The translations under genes were made by a program, and so were the position numbers. Below the pieces are notes generated by a model. The model was given only the letters and a program-made list of their open reading frames with translations, was not told the DNA's origin and did not search any database. DNA of 64,000 bases from an uncultured Actinomycetes bacterium (lineage in GTDB: Bacteria > Actinomycetota > Thermoleophilia > UBA2241): the NCBI GenBank assembly GCA_963709345.1, contig CAVPVX010000001.1:128001-192000 (forward strand), written 5' to 3'. This document shows positions 39,413 through 49,106 of the stretch, piece after piece; positions within the stretch are counted from its first letter, which is position 1, and every line of letters begins with the position of its first letter.

Positions 39413-40148
39413 GTGACCATGGACGATGAAGCCGCCCCAAGCGCGCATCCGGACGACATCGTCGCGCAGCACGGGCGGCTCGTCTCGTCGATCTGCCGGC
39501 GCAGGACTCGCGACCGCGAGGTCGCGCGAGGCAGCACAGGAGGTCTGGCTGGCGATCCTGGAGGGCCTCCCGGGCTTTCGTGGCGAGTCGCGCCTCTCCA
39601 TATGGATCCACACCATTACGCGGCGCGTCGTCGGGCGGTACGCGCAGGCTCAGCGCAGGTACAGCACCCGGTCTCTGAGCGCCTACGTCGAGACCGGCGA
39701 CGAGCCGGCGACTCCCGCCGCTGAGGATCTCGACCACGACCTCTGGGTCCGCTCGATGTGTGACCAGTGTCTCTGCGGAATGGCCCAGTGCCTGCCGCCG
39801 GACGCGCGTCTCGCGTACCTGCTGCGAGAAGTGTCCGGCCTCCGCTCCCACGACGTAGCAGAGATGCTGAAGGTCGAGCCGGACGCCGCACGCCAAATGG
39901 TCTCGCGATCGCAGTGCAAGCTCGCCCGCTTCATGAGCGGGCACTGCACCCTGGCCCATCCGGATGGCCCCTGCCGCTGCCGGATGCACAGCCGGGTGGA
40001 GGCCGTCGACCTGCCTGCGGAGTACGCGCCCCTGCGCCGCAGCGTCCACCACGTCCGGGTGATCAAGGAGTCCGAGCAGGTGCTGCCGCTGAAGGACTAC
40101 CGGCTGGAGTTGTCACAGACCGGGTCGCCGGGCCACCACTCTCCGTGA
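39413..40148 (+). pseudogene. ECF sigma-70 factor with Cys-rich segments, frameshifted near 39528
   Basis: Region 2 (EAAQEVWLAILEGLPGFRGESRLSIWIHTI) and region 4 lie in a different frame from the N-terminal MDDEAAP..LVSSICRR. Confidence 0.7.
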
Positions 40149-40190
40149 AGCCCTCCATCGGACAGGCCGCACCGGACAGGGAGAGGCCCG

Positions 40191-40319
40191 ATGGAACCCG
40201 CCCAGCACATCCGCCTCCTGCACCTCACGTACGCCGCCCGGCTCGCCGACTCCATGCTGCAGTACGAGCGCCACGGCATCCTCGAGCAGGTGACCGCCGA
40301 GCGCTGCAATCACCGTTGA
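40191..40319 (+). pseudogene. truncated ORF downstream of the sigma factor
   Basis: GGAGAGG RBS, MEPAQHIRLLHLTYAARLADSMLQYERHG, then an early stop. Confidence 0.35.
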
Positions 40320-40384
40320 GGAGACCCTCTACGACGGCGTCGAATGCCGCGTGCGCATGGACTGACGCCGCAACCGCCCGGGCG

Positions 40385-40957
40385 CTACTGGAACATCTTC
40401 CCCAGCAGGAGGTTGGCCAGTTCCGCGCCGAAATCGGCGGGGTCCTCAGTGTAGACGGCCGGGTTCCAGTCGACTCGGACGACGGCGTCGCCCTTGATCG
40501 CCACCACGCCGGCGCGTCCGTCGGAGAACGTGAGGTAGTACGCCGCATCGCCGACGCCGCCCACGTCTTCCACGGAGCCGCCCTCGGCGTAGCTCTTGGT
40601 GTCCTCGAACACAGCCTCCCCGCCCTGGACGTCGGCGCCGAAGTAGATCTTCGAGTCGGCGACGCCCGCGGTGGTGTAGCTCCCGGCCGGCTTGCCCGAC
40701 TGGGCGGCCGACGACGCCTCGGGGAAGGCCTCCATCGTCTTCCCGGTGATCGCGCCGACCTCCTCGGCAGTGATCGCGTCCGTCATCGCCCAGCCGTCCG
40801 GCAGGCTGATGGCGGCAGCGGAACCGCCGTCCGACGGAGCCGCGGCGGAACCGCCGTCCGACGGAGCGACCACGGAATCGCCGTCGGACGACGACGAGCC
40901 GCACCCGACGACCACGAGGGCGAGGATGAACACTGCGAGAATGGCGATCTTGCGCAT
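40385..40957 (-). CDS. lipoprotein
   Basis: MRKIAILAVFILALVVVG-C lipobox; duplicated PSDGGSAAA linker; AGGAGG RBS. Confidence 0.82.
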   Translation of the reverse strand: MRKIAILAVFILALVVVGCGSSSSDGDSVVAPSDGGSAAAPSDGGSAAAISLPDGWAMTDAITAEEVGAITGKTMEAFPEASSAAQSGKPAGSYTTAGVADSKIYFGADVQGGEAVFEDTKSYAEGGSVEDVGGVGDAAYYLTFSDGRAGVVAIKGDAVVRVDWNPAVYTEDPADFGAELANLLLGKMFQ

Positions 40958-41066
40958 GGGCAGAAAACCTCCTATGGAATACGTGAGCCGACACGCGCAT
41001 AGTACAACGGTCGAATCCGCGGCAACAAGGGTGACGATCTGCCCGGACCGGCACGGGACGGCCGCG

Positions 41067-41231
41067 TCAGGCGACGCCAACCGAGGGCCGGGGAGTCGCG
41101 CCGGCGCGCCCATCGAGCAGGAAGAGGTAGCTGCTCCCGCAGGAGGGACAGCCCGCGGCACCGCACCGCGTAGACTGCGCGGGAACGACGACGAGCAGTT
41201 CCTCCTTGCACACCTCACACGTGAACTCCAT
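41067..41231 (-). CDS. small zinc-ribbon protein (54 aa, not in the ORF track)
   Basis: MEFTCEVCKEELLVVVPAQSTRCGAAGCPSCGSSYLFLL...; two CxxC motifs. Confidence 0.6.
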   Translation of the reverse strand: MEFTCEVCKEELLVVVPAQSTRCGAAGCPSCGSSYLFLLDGRAGATPRPSVGVA

Positions 41232-41482
41232 GGCCAGGACCGCCTGCCTGTGTGCGACCGGCCACCGGGCTGCCTCACGCCATCAGGGTGACATCCGGCG
41301 ACTCGCCTCCTGTGTCGGAAATCCGTGATGCGCCGGACCCGCGCGCATCTCACGTCTGCGCCTGGAGAACGCGTGGCGGTCGTAGTCTGCGCGCGGCCCG
41401 ACAGGCGGGGGTGACCGTGGCGTATCGGCATGGTGAAGCCGCGGACGGAAGCCTGCCTCAAGCATTCACGAGGATCCCGCTC

Positions 41483-41833
41483 ATGAGCCTGTTCCGCCAT
41501 CACGACCGCGCGGACGCGGGCGACCACGAGAGCTCGTCGTTCGAGGTCCTGGGCGCCGACCGTGTGATCCTTCGCTTCACACGCGATGACTTCGACATGA
41601 TCGCCGAGACCACGGACCCGGATGAGGTCCGGCGCAAGCTGGAGCGGGGATGGGTTATCCTCCACGAACGCGAGGTCCCCGGCGGCGGGCGGCAAGCCTT
41701 CGGGGCGGACCTGATCGTCGGCATCGAAGGCATCCACGTGGGCGGTCTTGTCGGCCCGGCGACCGCAGAGACGACGACACGATACTCGATCGGCATTCTG
41801 AAGGACGGGGCGCAAGGCGAACCGGTGGCGTGA
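41483..41833 (+). CDS. hypothetical protein
   Basis: ATG with GAGG upstream; typical codon usage; ends 10 nt before the next gene. Confidence 0.55.
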   Translation: MSLFRHHDRADAGDHESSSFEVLGADRVILRFTRDDFDMIAETTDPDEVRRKLERGWVILHEREVPGGGRQAFGADLIVGIEGIHVGGLVGPATAETTTRYSIGILKDGAQGEPVA

Positions 41834-41843
41834 AGGGGAGCTG

Positions 41844-42347
41844 ATGACCGGAACGACGGAAGCGCGGATCGCGGTGGTCTCCGACACGCACGGGCTGCTG
41901 CCAAAACGCGTGCTGGAGGCGTGCGCCGGCGCGGACCACATCATCCACGCCGGTGACGTCGGCTCATCCACCGTCCTCGACGCGCTGGCGCGCCTGGCGC
42001 CGGTGACGGCGGTGCGCGGCAACCGCGACCACGACGCCTTCGGCCTCGAGCTGCCGGCCGAGGCGCTCGGCGACGTGGCCGGTCTGCGCTTCGCGGTCGC
42101 GCATAAGCGCCGCGACCTCAAGGCGGCCCATCCGGACCCGCAGACGGAAGGGCTCGGTCTGCTCGTGTACGGCGACTCGCACCGCGCCGAGCTGCGCTAC
42201 CGCGGGCACGAGCCGGGCGGCTACCCCGTCCTCTGGCTCAACCCCGGGACCGCGAGCGCCCCGCTGCCGCATGATCCGCGACCCAGCATGGCGTTCGTGA
42301 CCGTTCGCGGCGGGACTCCGGACGCGCGCATCGTCTTCTTCGACTGA
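41844..42347 (+). CDS. YfcE-like metallophosphoesterase
   Basis: SDTHG, HAGD, VRGNRD, GDSH, LNPGT. Confidence 0.88.
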   Translation: MTGTTEARIAVVSDTHGLLPKRVLEACAGADHIIHAGDVGSSTVLDALARLAPVTAVRGNRDHDAFGLELPAEALGDVAGLRFAVAHKRRDLKAAHPDPQTEGLGLLVYGDSHRAELRYRGHEPGGYPVLWLNPGTASAPLPHDPRPSMAFVTVRGGTPDARIVFFD

Positions 42348-42465
42348 GCGCGCCCGAGACCGGCGCGCCACGTCGGACACAGGCAGCGTGGCGCCCGGGC
42401 GTCACGCAGCGCCGATGCTTGGCCGTATACTCGCAGCGCGACGGTCGAACGACGGGGAGGCAGAG

Positions 42466-42834
42466 ATGAAGGATCGGGCGAGCAAGGAACTCATCGAGGT
42501 CTACCTTGTGGAACCTGGCGGAGGGCGTCTGCCCTTCGGCTACAAGCTGAAGGCGTTCGAGTACTTCCCGCCCGATGCTCCGCTGCCCCAGGTCGGGGAT
42601 CTCATCCTGCTGCCGAGGCACGTCACCGGCGACACCAAGGAGCAGACCTTCGCGTGGGGCGGCGCGGTAGCGCCGTTCCGCGTCGTCGAGCGTCAGCACG
42701 TGTACTTCCGCGGGAAGGACGAGAAGTTCGACCGCGCCAATCCCACGGCGGCCCACTACGTGCGGACCCTGATCTGCATCCGGCGCCTCTCGACAGAGGA
42801 GTTCGAAGAGGGGCCGGCGCCGGCCGCCGGCTGA
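42466..42834 (+). CDS. hypothetical protein
   Basis: GGGGAGG RBS; typical codon usage. Confidence 0.6.
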   Translation: MKDRASKELIEVYLVEPGGGRLPFGYKLKAFEYFPPDAPLPQVGDLILLPRHVTGDTKEQTFAWGGAVAPFRVVERQHVYFRGKDEKFDRANPTAAHYVRTLICIRRLSTEEFEEGPAPAAG

Positions 42835-42911
42835 GCCGCAACGCCGACGACGAGATCGCGTAGGCAGGCCGGGTAGTATCTTCCTCGTCGGCAACCCATA
42901 GGGAGGCGATC

Positions 42912-43379
42912 GTGCGCAAGAAGGTCCTGTTTCTCTCCAGCGCCAACGGCGCGCGCAGCCAGATGGCGGAGGCCTTCCTGCGCGCCTTCGCGAACGACGG
43001 CTTCGAGGCGTACAGCGCCGGATCGACTCCTCACGGCATCCACCCGCTGGCAGTCGAAGTGATGGCCGAGCGCGAGATCGACATCCGTGGGCAACAGACC
43101 GACGGCCTGGAGGACTTCATCGGCACGGCCACATTCGACTTCCTCATCACCGTCTGCGACCGGGACGAGAAGGGCTGCCCCATGTACCCGGGCAAGGGGA
43201 CGCGCGAATACTGGCCCCTGACCGACCCGGGACGCACCGAGGGAAGCGACGCGGAGCGGCTGGCCGCGTTCCGCGACGCGCGCGACCACATCGAGGCGCG
43301 CGTCCGCAGGTGGCTCGTCGAGCGACGCTACAAGCCCGCGCCGCCGCCGGCTCCCGTGGACACCGGCGCCGACCGGTAG
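42912..43379 (+). CDS. ArsC / LMW-PTP family protein with the P-loop Cys replaced by Ser
   Basis: VLFLSSANGARSQMAEA, YSAGS, ITVCD..CP, W..DP, FRDARDHIE. Confidence 0.85.
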   Translation: MRKKVLFLSSANGARSQMAEAFLRAFANDGFEAYSAGSTPHGIHPLAVEVMAEREIDIRGQQTDGLEDFIGTATFDFLITVCDRDEKGCPMYPGKGTREYWPLTDPGRTEGSDAERLAAFRDARDHIEARVRRWLVERRYKPAPPPAPVDTGADR

Positions 43380-43472
43380 TACGGCGCCGGGCGCATCACG
43401 ACCGCCGGGTGGGCGCCGGACCGGCCGCCTCGACCCGCGCCGCGAACGCGCGCAACGCCTGAGCGGCGCGCC

Positions 43473-43889
43473 TCACTCCGGCAGCGGCCGGGTGTCCCAC
43501 TCCGAAGGCGCGAACGCGCAGCCCGGCTCGGCCCCGACGACGAGCATCACGGTGCCGGCCTCGCTAGCCACCACACCACGCACCACCGCGGGGTCGGGCA
43601 CGTAGAGGAACGTACCCGCCGGCGCGTCGATCTCCTCGCCGCCGACGCGGTAGGTCGCGTGACCCGAGACGATCAGGAAGAGCTCCTCGTGGTTCGCCTT
43701 CACCTCGTCGTGGTCGTGCGTCAGCACGTCTCCCGCCTCGGTGGCCCTGGCGAGATTGGTGCCGAACGAATCGATGCCGAAGAAGCGCCGCACCGGTTTC
43801 CACTCCGTGCCCGGAGAGCTGCCCTCCTCGAACGGTATGTCATCGATGTGCGCCGCCGTGTAGGCCGCGCGATCAGCCGTGTCGCCCAT
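43473..43889 (-). CDS. cupin domain protein
   Basis: HDHDE..HEELFLIVSGHATY..GGEEIDAPAGTF. Confidence 0.8.
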   Translation of the reverse strand: MGDTADRAAYTAAHIDDIPFEEGSSPGTEWKPVRRFFGIDSFGTNLARATEAGDVLTHDHDEVKANHEELFLIVSGHATYRVGGEEIDAPAGTFLYVPDPAVVRGVVASEAGTVMLVVGAEPGCAFAPSEWDTRPLPE

Positions 43890-44073
43890 GTCCGCATCCC
43901 CTTGTCCTCGACTGCCGTTGCTTCGCCTCGGACTCTAGCAGGAGATCGGGGGTACCGGGGTGAAGAGCCGTCGCGCTCCACCGCCGGCCGGTCTGCTGGG
44001 AGGTATGCGAGATGCAGAACTCGAGGCAGGCTTGAACGGCCTGCGAGTCATGGCTCACCCCCGCAGGCTCACC

Positions 44074-44904
44074 TCAGCGCGGCTCGCCGAACAGGCAGCG
44101 CTCGGCGTTCCTGGCGAAGAACAGCTCGCGCAGCTCCGGCCTCACGGCTTCGCTCCAGGCCTCCACGGCGGCGCCGAACTCGACGAGCGGGTAGTCGGTG
44201 CCGAAGAGGCAGCGGTCCTTGAGGTAGGAGTTGACCGCCTGCAGCGTCGCCTCGGGCAGGTACTGCGGCCACAGGGCGCTGAACTCGAGGAAGACGTTCG
44301 GGTGCTTCTGCGCCACCGCCAGGCCGAGGGTGCCGAAGCCGTTGCCGGCGTGCGAGATCACCAGCTTCAGGTTGGGGAAGTCGATGGCGATCTCGTCCAT
44401 GTACTTGGGATCGCCGAGCCACATGCTCTGGAAGCGGTTGTAGTGCAGGCTGCCGTGGACGATGGCGACGAGGCCGTGGCTCTCGCAGTACGCGTAGAGG
44501 GGGTAGAGCACGCTGGCGTTGGCCGGGATCCCCCAGATCCACGGGCTGACGTTCACCCCGAGGAAGCCGGCCGTGCGGCAGCGCTCCAGCTCCTCGAGGT
44601 TGCGGCGCACGCCGTACTTGGGGTGGACGCCGGCGATGGTGTAGAAGGGGCTCTCGCCGCCGAAGGCGTCGACGACCGCCATGAGGTGGTCGTTGTCCTC
44701 GAGCGAGCCGCCGCACACGACGCCGCGCGAGACGCCGCCGCGCTTCATCGTGGCCACGTACTCGGGCATCTCGAGCGGCGTCAGCCGGGGTCGCATCTTG
44801 TAGAGGTCGATGTACTGCGCGAAGTGTGGCGCCGGATCGTCGGGGTTCCAGGGGCCGAGCATGTGCTCCGTCCGGAGCCGTACGCGGAAATCGACGACGT
44901 CCAT
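44074..44904 (-). CDS. amidohydrolase family protein (Amidohydro_2)
   Basis: LYPLYAYC, IVHG, FPNLKLVISHAG, HPNVFLEFS, LFGTDYP, NAER. Confidence 0.85.
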   Translation of the reverse strand: MDVVDFRVRLRTEHMLGPWNPDDPAPHFAQYIDLYKMRPRLTPLEMPEYVATMKRGGVSRGVVCGGSLEDNDHLMAVVDAFGGESPFYTIAGVHPKYGVRRNLEELERCRTAGFLGVNVSPWIWGIPANASVLYPLYAYCESHGLVAIVHGSLHYNRFQSMWLGDPKYMDEIAIDFPNLKLVISHAGNGFGTLGLAVAQKHPNVFLEFSALWPQYLPEATLQAVNSYLKDRCLFGTDYPLVEFGAAVEAWSEAVRPELRELFFARNAERCLFGEPR

Positions 44905-44931
44905 GCGTGCGTCCTTTCGTGTATCGGGCGG

Positions 44932-46077
44932 CTAGGTCGGTCGGGGCAGACCCTCGAGGACGAGCGCCGTGATGTACCACGCGGCGTTGTCGGTGACCGC
45001 AGGCTCCCCACGCAGCTCCTCCGGGACGTAGAGGAAGAACTGGCGAGGACGGGCCCTCTTGGTGAGGGAGGCCGGTGAGAGGGCGGCCGTGTCGATGAAG
45101 CCGGCGCTCCTCAGCCGGGTCGGGAGGAGTGCGGAGCGCCGCAGCGTCAGGCACTTGATGCGCGTGACCCCGAGCTCCCGGCCGCGCCGCTCCAGTGCGG
45201 CGAGGATGTGGCGGAACAGGTCGGCGCGGGCGCCGTCCGCGAGGACGTCGACCACGTGCAGCGTGTCCCCCTGGACGAAGGAGATGACGTACCCGAGAAG
45301 CCCGCCCTCGCCGTGAATGGCCAGGTACTCGTGCGCGACGTGGGGGTCGTCGCTCACCCGCCACTGCAGATAACCGGCGCTGCGCTCGACGCTGATACCG
45401 TAGCGTTCGCGGTTCCGCTCCCAGAGGCCTGCGATCTCCTGGAGCGGCGCGTCGGCCGGGTCGTGGAGCGTGACCCGGTAGCGGCACGCGCGTGGACGGC
45501 GCAGGTGGCTGTACGCCTGCAGGGCCACGGCGAGCACGGCGCTGAGCGCCGGCGCCAGCTTCTTCGCGACGGCGCCCTTGGCCGTCAGAATCGAGCTGAT
45601 GTCCCGGCGGAGCGCGCTCGTCGTCAGCCAAAGCGTGAAGTTGGCCCAGTCGTCGAAGGCCACGTAGCCGAGCTTCGCGCGGACCCTGCCGACGGCGCCC
45701 CCGGCGACCTGCCCGGCGGTGGTGAAGAAGAAGCTGAACCGCTCCTTCTCCTTCTCGAAGCACGCCCGCTCGTGAGCCGAGTAGAGGCCCGAGCCGCGGT
45801 GGTCGGGGTGACTCATGCAGTTCTCGGTCTTGCCCGCGAGCGCAGGACGACCCCAGACGCTGAGCGGCGTCGGGATGAGGCTGTACTGGGCGACGAGCTG
45901 GTCGCCCTCCTCGCGGTCGAGGTCGAAGACCAGGTTCATGCTCCCCTGCCCCGCCCAGGTGTCGAGCCACTCCCAGGCGAACTGCCCGGGCGTCCGGTCC
46001 CTGCCCGTGAGGAAGAGGTAGAGCCGGTTGATCTGGACCTCGTCGCCCGGCTGATAGGGTCGGCTGACTATGCGCAC
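44932..46077 (-). CDS. GNAT family N-acetyltransferase
   Basis: SHPDHRGSGLY acetyl-CoA motif; ERSAGYLQWR second GNAT fold. Confidence 0.75.
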   Translation of the reverse strand: MRIVSRPYQPGDEVQINRLYLFLTGRDRTPGQFAWEWLDTWAGQGSMNLVFDLDREEGDQLVAQYSLIPTPLSVWGRPALAGKTENCMSHPDHRGSGLYSAHERACFEKEKERFSFFFTTAGQVAGGAVGRVRAKLGYVAFDDWANFTLWLTTSALRRDISSILTAKGAVAKKLAPALSAVLAVALQAYSHLRRPRACRYRVTLHDPADAPLQEIAGLWERNRERYGISVERSAGYLQWRVSDDPHVAHEYLAIHGEGGLLGYVISFVQGDTLHVVDVLADGARADLFRHILAALERRGRELGVTRIKCLTLRRSALLPTRLRSAGFIDTAALSPASLTKRARPRQFFLYVPEELRGEPAVTDNAAWYITALVLEGLPRPT

Positions 46078-46746
46078 TGGGCAGACCTGCCTTGTTCCGG
46101 TCTGTGCGTCGGGCGTCTACTGGTCTTCGTGGCAGGGAGTATCGTCCACCGTCACGCAGGAGCGCAACCAGCCGCGACGATCCTCGCGCGCAGGAGCCGG
46201 TAGGGATACCCTGCCACGTTCAACCCGGTGACTACGCCCCCGATCCTCAACGAGGACGCTCGCCGGCGAGCGTCAGCTGCCCGCTCCGCCACTCGACACG
46301 GACGACGTTGCCGTGGTCATCGTCGTCCCGGTAGGGGCCGAGCAGGCGCTCCACCTCCAGCGGCGGCGGCGGCGGGCGCAGCGGACGGCGAGGAGCTCAG
46401 CGAGGCGCTGGACGTGTAGTTCACGCTGCTTCTGAAGATGGTGTTGAACTGGCCTTCCCCGCCGGCAGGCGACCCGAGCACTTCTCCTGACGGACATGCG
46501 ACCCACAGAAGCCCCGTGCAGCCCACATCCGGCGTCCGATCCAAGTCATCGAGACCCGCGACCACCAGGGCATGGGGAGCGCTGGAATCGCCCGCCGGTA
46601 CGTAGGACGCGCCACCCTCCAGGACGGCGGGGCGATCCCCGACGTTTGCGGCATGCCACGGCATGGGCAAACCACTGGGACCCCGAGACGGTGGGTCGCT
46701 CACCATTCCCGCTCGCACGGATCTCGGCAGAACCAGGAGGCCGAAG

Positions 46747-48123
46747 GTGGACCAATCCAGTCGCTACGCCGATCTCACTCTCGACGAGGCCGAACTCATC
46801 AGAGGGGGGCGCCACGTCCTCTGCGCCTACCGCATGAAGCCCAAGACCGGGTACGGCTATCTCGCCACGGCGGCGCACTTCGCCGCCGAGTCCTCCACCG
46901 GCACGAACGTCGAGGTCTCCACCACCGACGACTTCACGCGCTCGGTGGACGCCCTCGTCTACGACGTGGACGAGGCGGACGACCTCATGAAGATCGCGTA
47001 CCCGCTCGAACTCTTCGACCGCAACATCATAGATGGCAAGGCGATGATCGTCTCCTTTCTCACGCTCGCCATCGGCAACAACCAGGGCATGGGCGACGTG
47101 GAGTACGCGAAGCTGCACGACTTCTATGTCCCCCCCGCGTACCTGGAACAGTTCGACGGGCCCGCCAGGAACATCGTGGATTTCTGGCGCATCCTGGGCC
47201 GCCCCCTCAAAGACGGGGGCATGATCGTCGGCACCATCATCAAGCCCAAGCTGGGCCTGCGACCGGAGCTGTTCGCGAACGCCTGCTACCAGTTCTGGCT
47301 GGACGGCGACTTCGTCAAGAACGACGAGCCGCAAGGCAACCAGGTCTTCGCGCCGTATCGGGAGACCATGCTCCTGGTGGCGGACGCTCTGCGGCGTGCG
47401 CAGGAGGAGACCGGCGAGGCCAAACTCTTCTCCGCGAACATCACCGCGGACGACCCCGCGGAGATGGTCGCCCGCGGCGAGACCGTGCTCGAGGCGTTCG
47501 GCGAGAACGCGGACCACGTCGCCTTTCTCGTCGACGGCTACGTGGGCGGCCCCTCGGCGGTCACGACCTGCCGGCGCCGCTTCCCGGACCAGTTTCTGCA
47601 CTACCACCGCGCCGGGCACGGCGCGGTGACCTCGCCGCAGTCGAAGCGCGGCTACACCGCCTTCGTCCTCGCGAAGATGTCGCGCCTGCAGGGAGCGTCC
47701 GGTATCCACACCGGGACGATGGGCTACGGCAAGATGGAGGGTGACCCGAGCGATCGAGCGATGGCCTACATGATCGAGCGCGACGTCGCTGACGGCCCCT
47801 TCTACCATCAGGAGTGGTTGGGGATGAAGGCGACAAGCGCGATGATCTCGGGCGGTATGAATGCCCTGCGCCTCCCCGGCTTCTTCGACAACCTCGGCCA
47901 CGCCAACGTCGTGCAGACCTCGGGCGGAGGAGCTTTCGGCCACCTCGACGGCCCAGCCGCCGGTGCTCTGTCGCTGCGCCAGTCGGTGGACGCCTGGACT
48001 GCCCGCGTGGACCTGCTCGAGTACGCCAGGGAGCACCGCGAGCTGGCGCGCGCCTTCCAGTCGTTCTCTGACGACGCCGACGAACTGTATCCGGACTGGC
48101 GCTCGGTGCTGGGCGAAACCTGA
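46747..48123 (+). CDS. cbbM: ribulose-1,5-bisphosphate carboxylase/oxygenase, form II
   Basis: AGGAGG RBS plus GTG; [78 protein letters not shown]; 458 aa. Confidence 0.97.
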   Translation: MDQSSRYADLTLDEAELIRGGRHVLCAYRMKPKTGYGYLATAAHFAAESSTGTNVEVSTTDDFTRSVDALVYDVDEADDLMKIAYPLELFDRNIIDGKAMIVSFLTLAIGNNQGMGDVEYAKLHDFYVPPAYLEQFDGPARNIVDFWRILGRPLKDGGMIVGTIIKPKLGLRPELFANACYQFWLDGDFVKNDEPQGNQVFAPYRETMLLVADALRRAQEETGEAKLFSANITADDPAEMVARGETVLEAFGENADHVAFLVDGYVGGPSAVTTCRRRFPDQFLHYHRAGHGAVTSPQSKRGYTAFVLAKMSRLQGASGIHTGTMGYGKMEGDPSDRAMAYMIERDVADGPFYHQEWLGMKATSAMISGGMNALRLPGFFDNLGHANVVQTSGGGAFGHLDGPAAGALSLRQSVDAWTARVDLLEYAREHRELARAFQSFSDDADELYPDWRSVLGET

Positions 48124-48145
48124 GAGTCAAGCAAGGGGGAGGCGC

Positions 48146-49039
48146 ATGTCTGCCAAGCACCCGGTGATCGCCGTCACCGGCTCCAGCGGGGCCGGGACGA
48201 CCACTGTGAAGACGTCCTTCGAGCACATCTTCCATCGCGAGAACATCCGCGCAGCAGTCGTTGAAGGGGACAGCTTCCACAAGTACGATCGCGAGGAGAT
48301 GAAGGAGGCCATCGCGGCCGCCGAGAGCAGGGGCGAGCGACCGGTGAGCCATTTCGGGCCCCGAGCCAATCTCTTCGAGGAACTGGAGGCCCTGTTCCGC
48401 ACGTACGGGGATTCAGGGAAAGGACGGCACAGGTTCTACGTGCACAACGAGGAAGAGGCGGCCGTCCGTAACCGCGAGCCGGGTACCTTCACCCCATGGG
48501 AGGACCTTCCTGGTGAAACCGACGTGCTCTTCTATGAAGGACTCCACGGCGGCGTCCGCACCGAGAACGTCAACGTCGCCCGGTATGTCGACCTGCTCAT
48601 CGGCGTCGTGCCGATCGTCAATCTCGAATGGATCCAGAAGATCCACCGCGACACGCGCGCGAGGGGTTACTCGGTCGAAGCCGCGACAGACACCATCCTG
48701 CGACGCATGCACGACTACGTCCACTACGTCACGCCGCAGTTCTCGCATACCCACGTCAACTTCCAGCGGGTGCCCGTGGTCGACACGTCGAACCCCTTCG
48801 TCGCTCGAGACATCCCGACCCTGGACGAGTCGCTTTTCGTCGTCCGCTTCCGTGACCCCACGGGTGTCGACTTCCCCAACCTGCTGGCCATGATCCACGA
48901 CTCGTTCATGTCGCGCCCCAATTGCATCGTCGTCCCGGGCGGCAAGATGGAGATGGCGATCCGGCTCGTCGTTACGCCACTTCTCCAAACGATCATGGAT
49001 CGTCGCAAGAGCGCGAAGCAGGGGGACGGGCACTACTGA
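48146..49039 (+). CDS. prkB: phosphoribulokinase (proteobacterial class I type)
   Basis: MSAKHPVIAVTGSSGAGTT, EGDSFH, HFGPRAN, FYEGLHG, NLEWIQKIHRD..RGYS, FQRVPVVDTSNPF. Confidence 0.95.
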   Translation: MSAKHPVIAVTGSSGAGTTTVKTSFEHIFHRENIRAAVVEGDSFHKYDREEMKEAIAAAESRGERPVSHFGPRANLFEELEALFRTYGDSGKGRHRFYVHNEEEAAVRNREPGTFTPWEDLPGETDVLFYEGLHGGVRTENVNVARYVDLLIGVVPIVNLEWIQKIHRDTRARGYSVEAATDTILRRMHDYVHYVTPQFSHTHVNFQRVPVVDTSNPFVARDIPTLDESLFVVRFRDPTGVDFPNLLAMIHDSFMSRPNCIVVPGGKMEMAIRLVVTPLLQTIMDRRKSAKQGDGHY

Positions 49040-49106
49040 GCCGAGTCTCGCGCTCTTCCGGGTCGAGCATCCGAGCAGCGGCGACCTGCTCCGCCTGGCG
49101 GGGACT

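Noticed and set aside
40819-40868. 21-bp direct repeat
   Set aside because: Coding linker duplication (PSDGGSAAA) in a lipoprotein; not CRISPR or mobile DNA.
46664-46710. GGGCAAACC..GGTGGGTCGC resembling c-di-GMP-I riboswitch P2
   Set aside because: Lacks the GNRA loop, the following GCAAAG and the P3 elements; not called as a feature.
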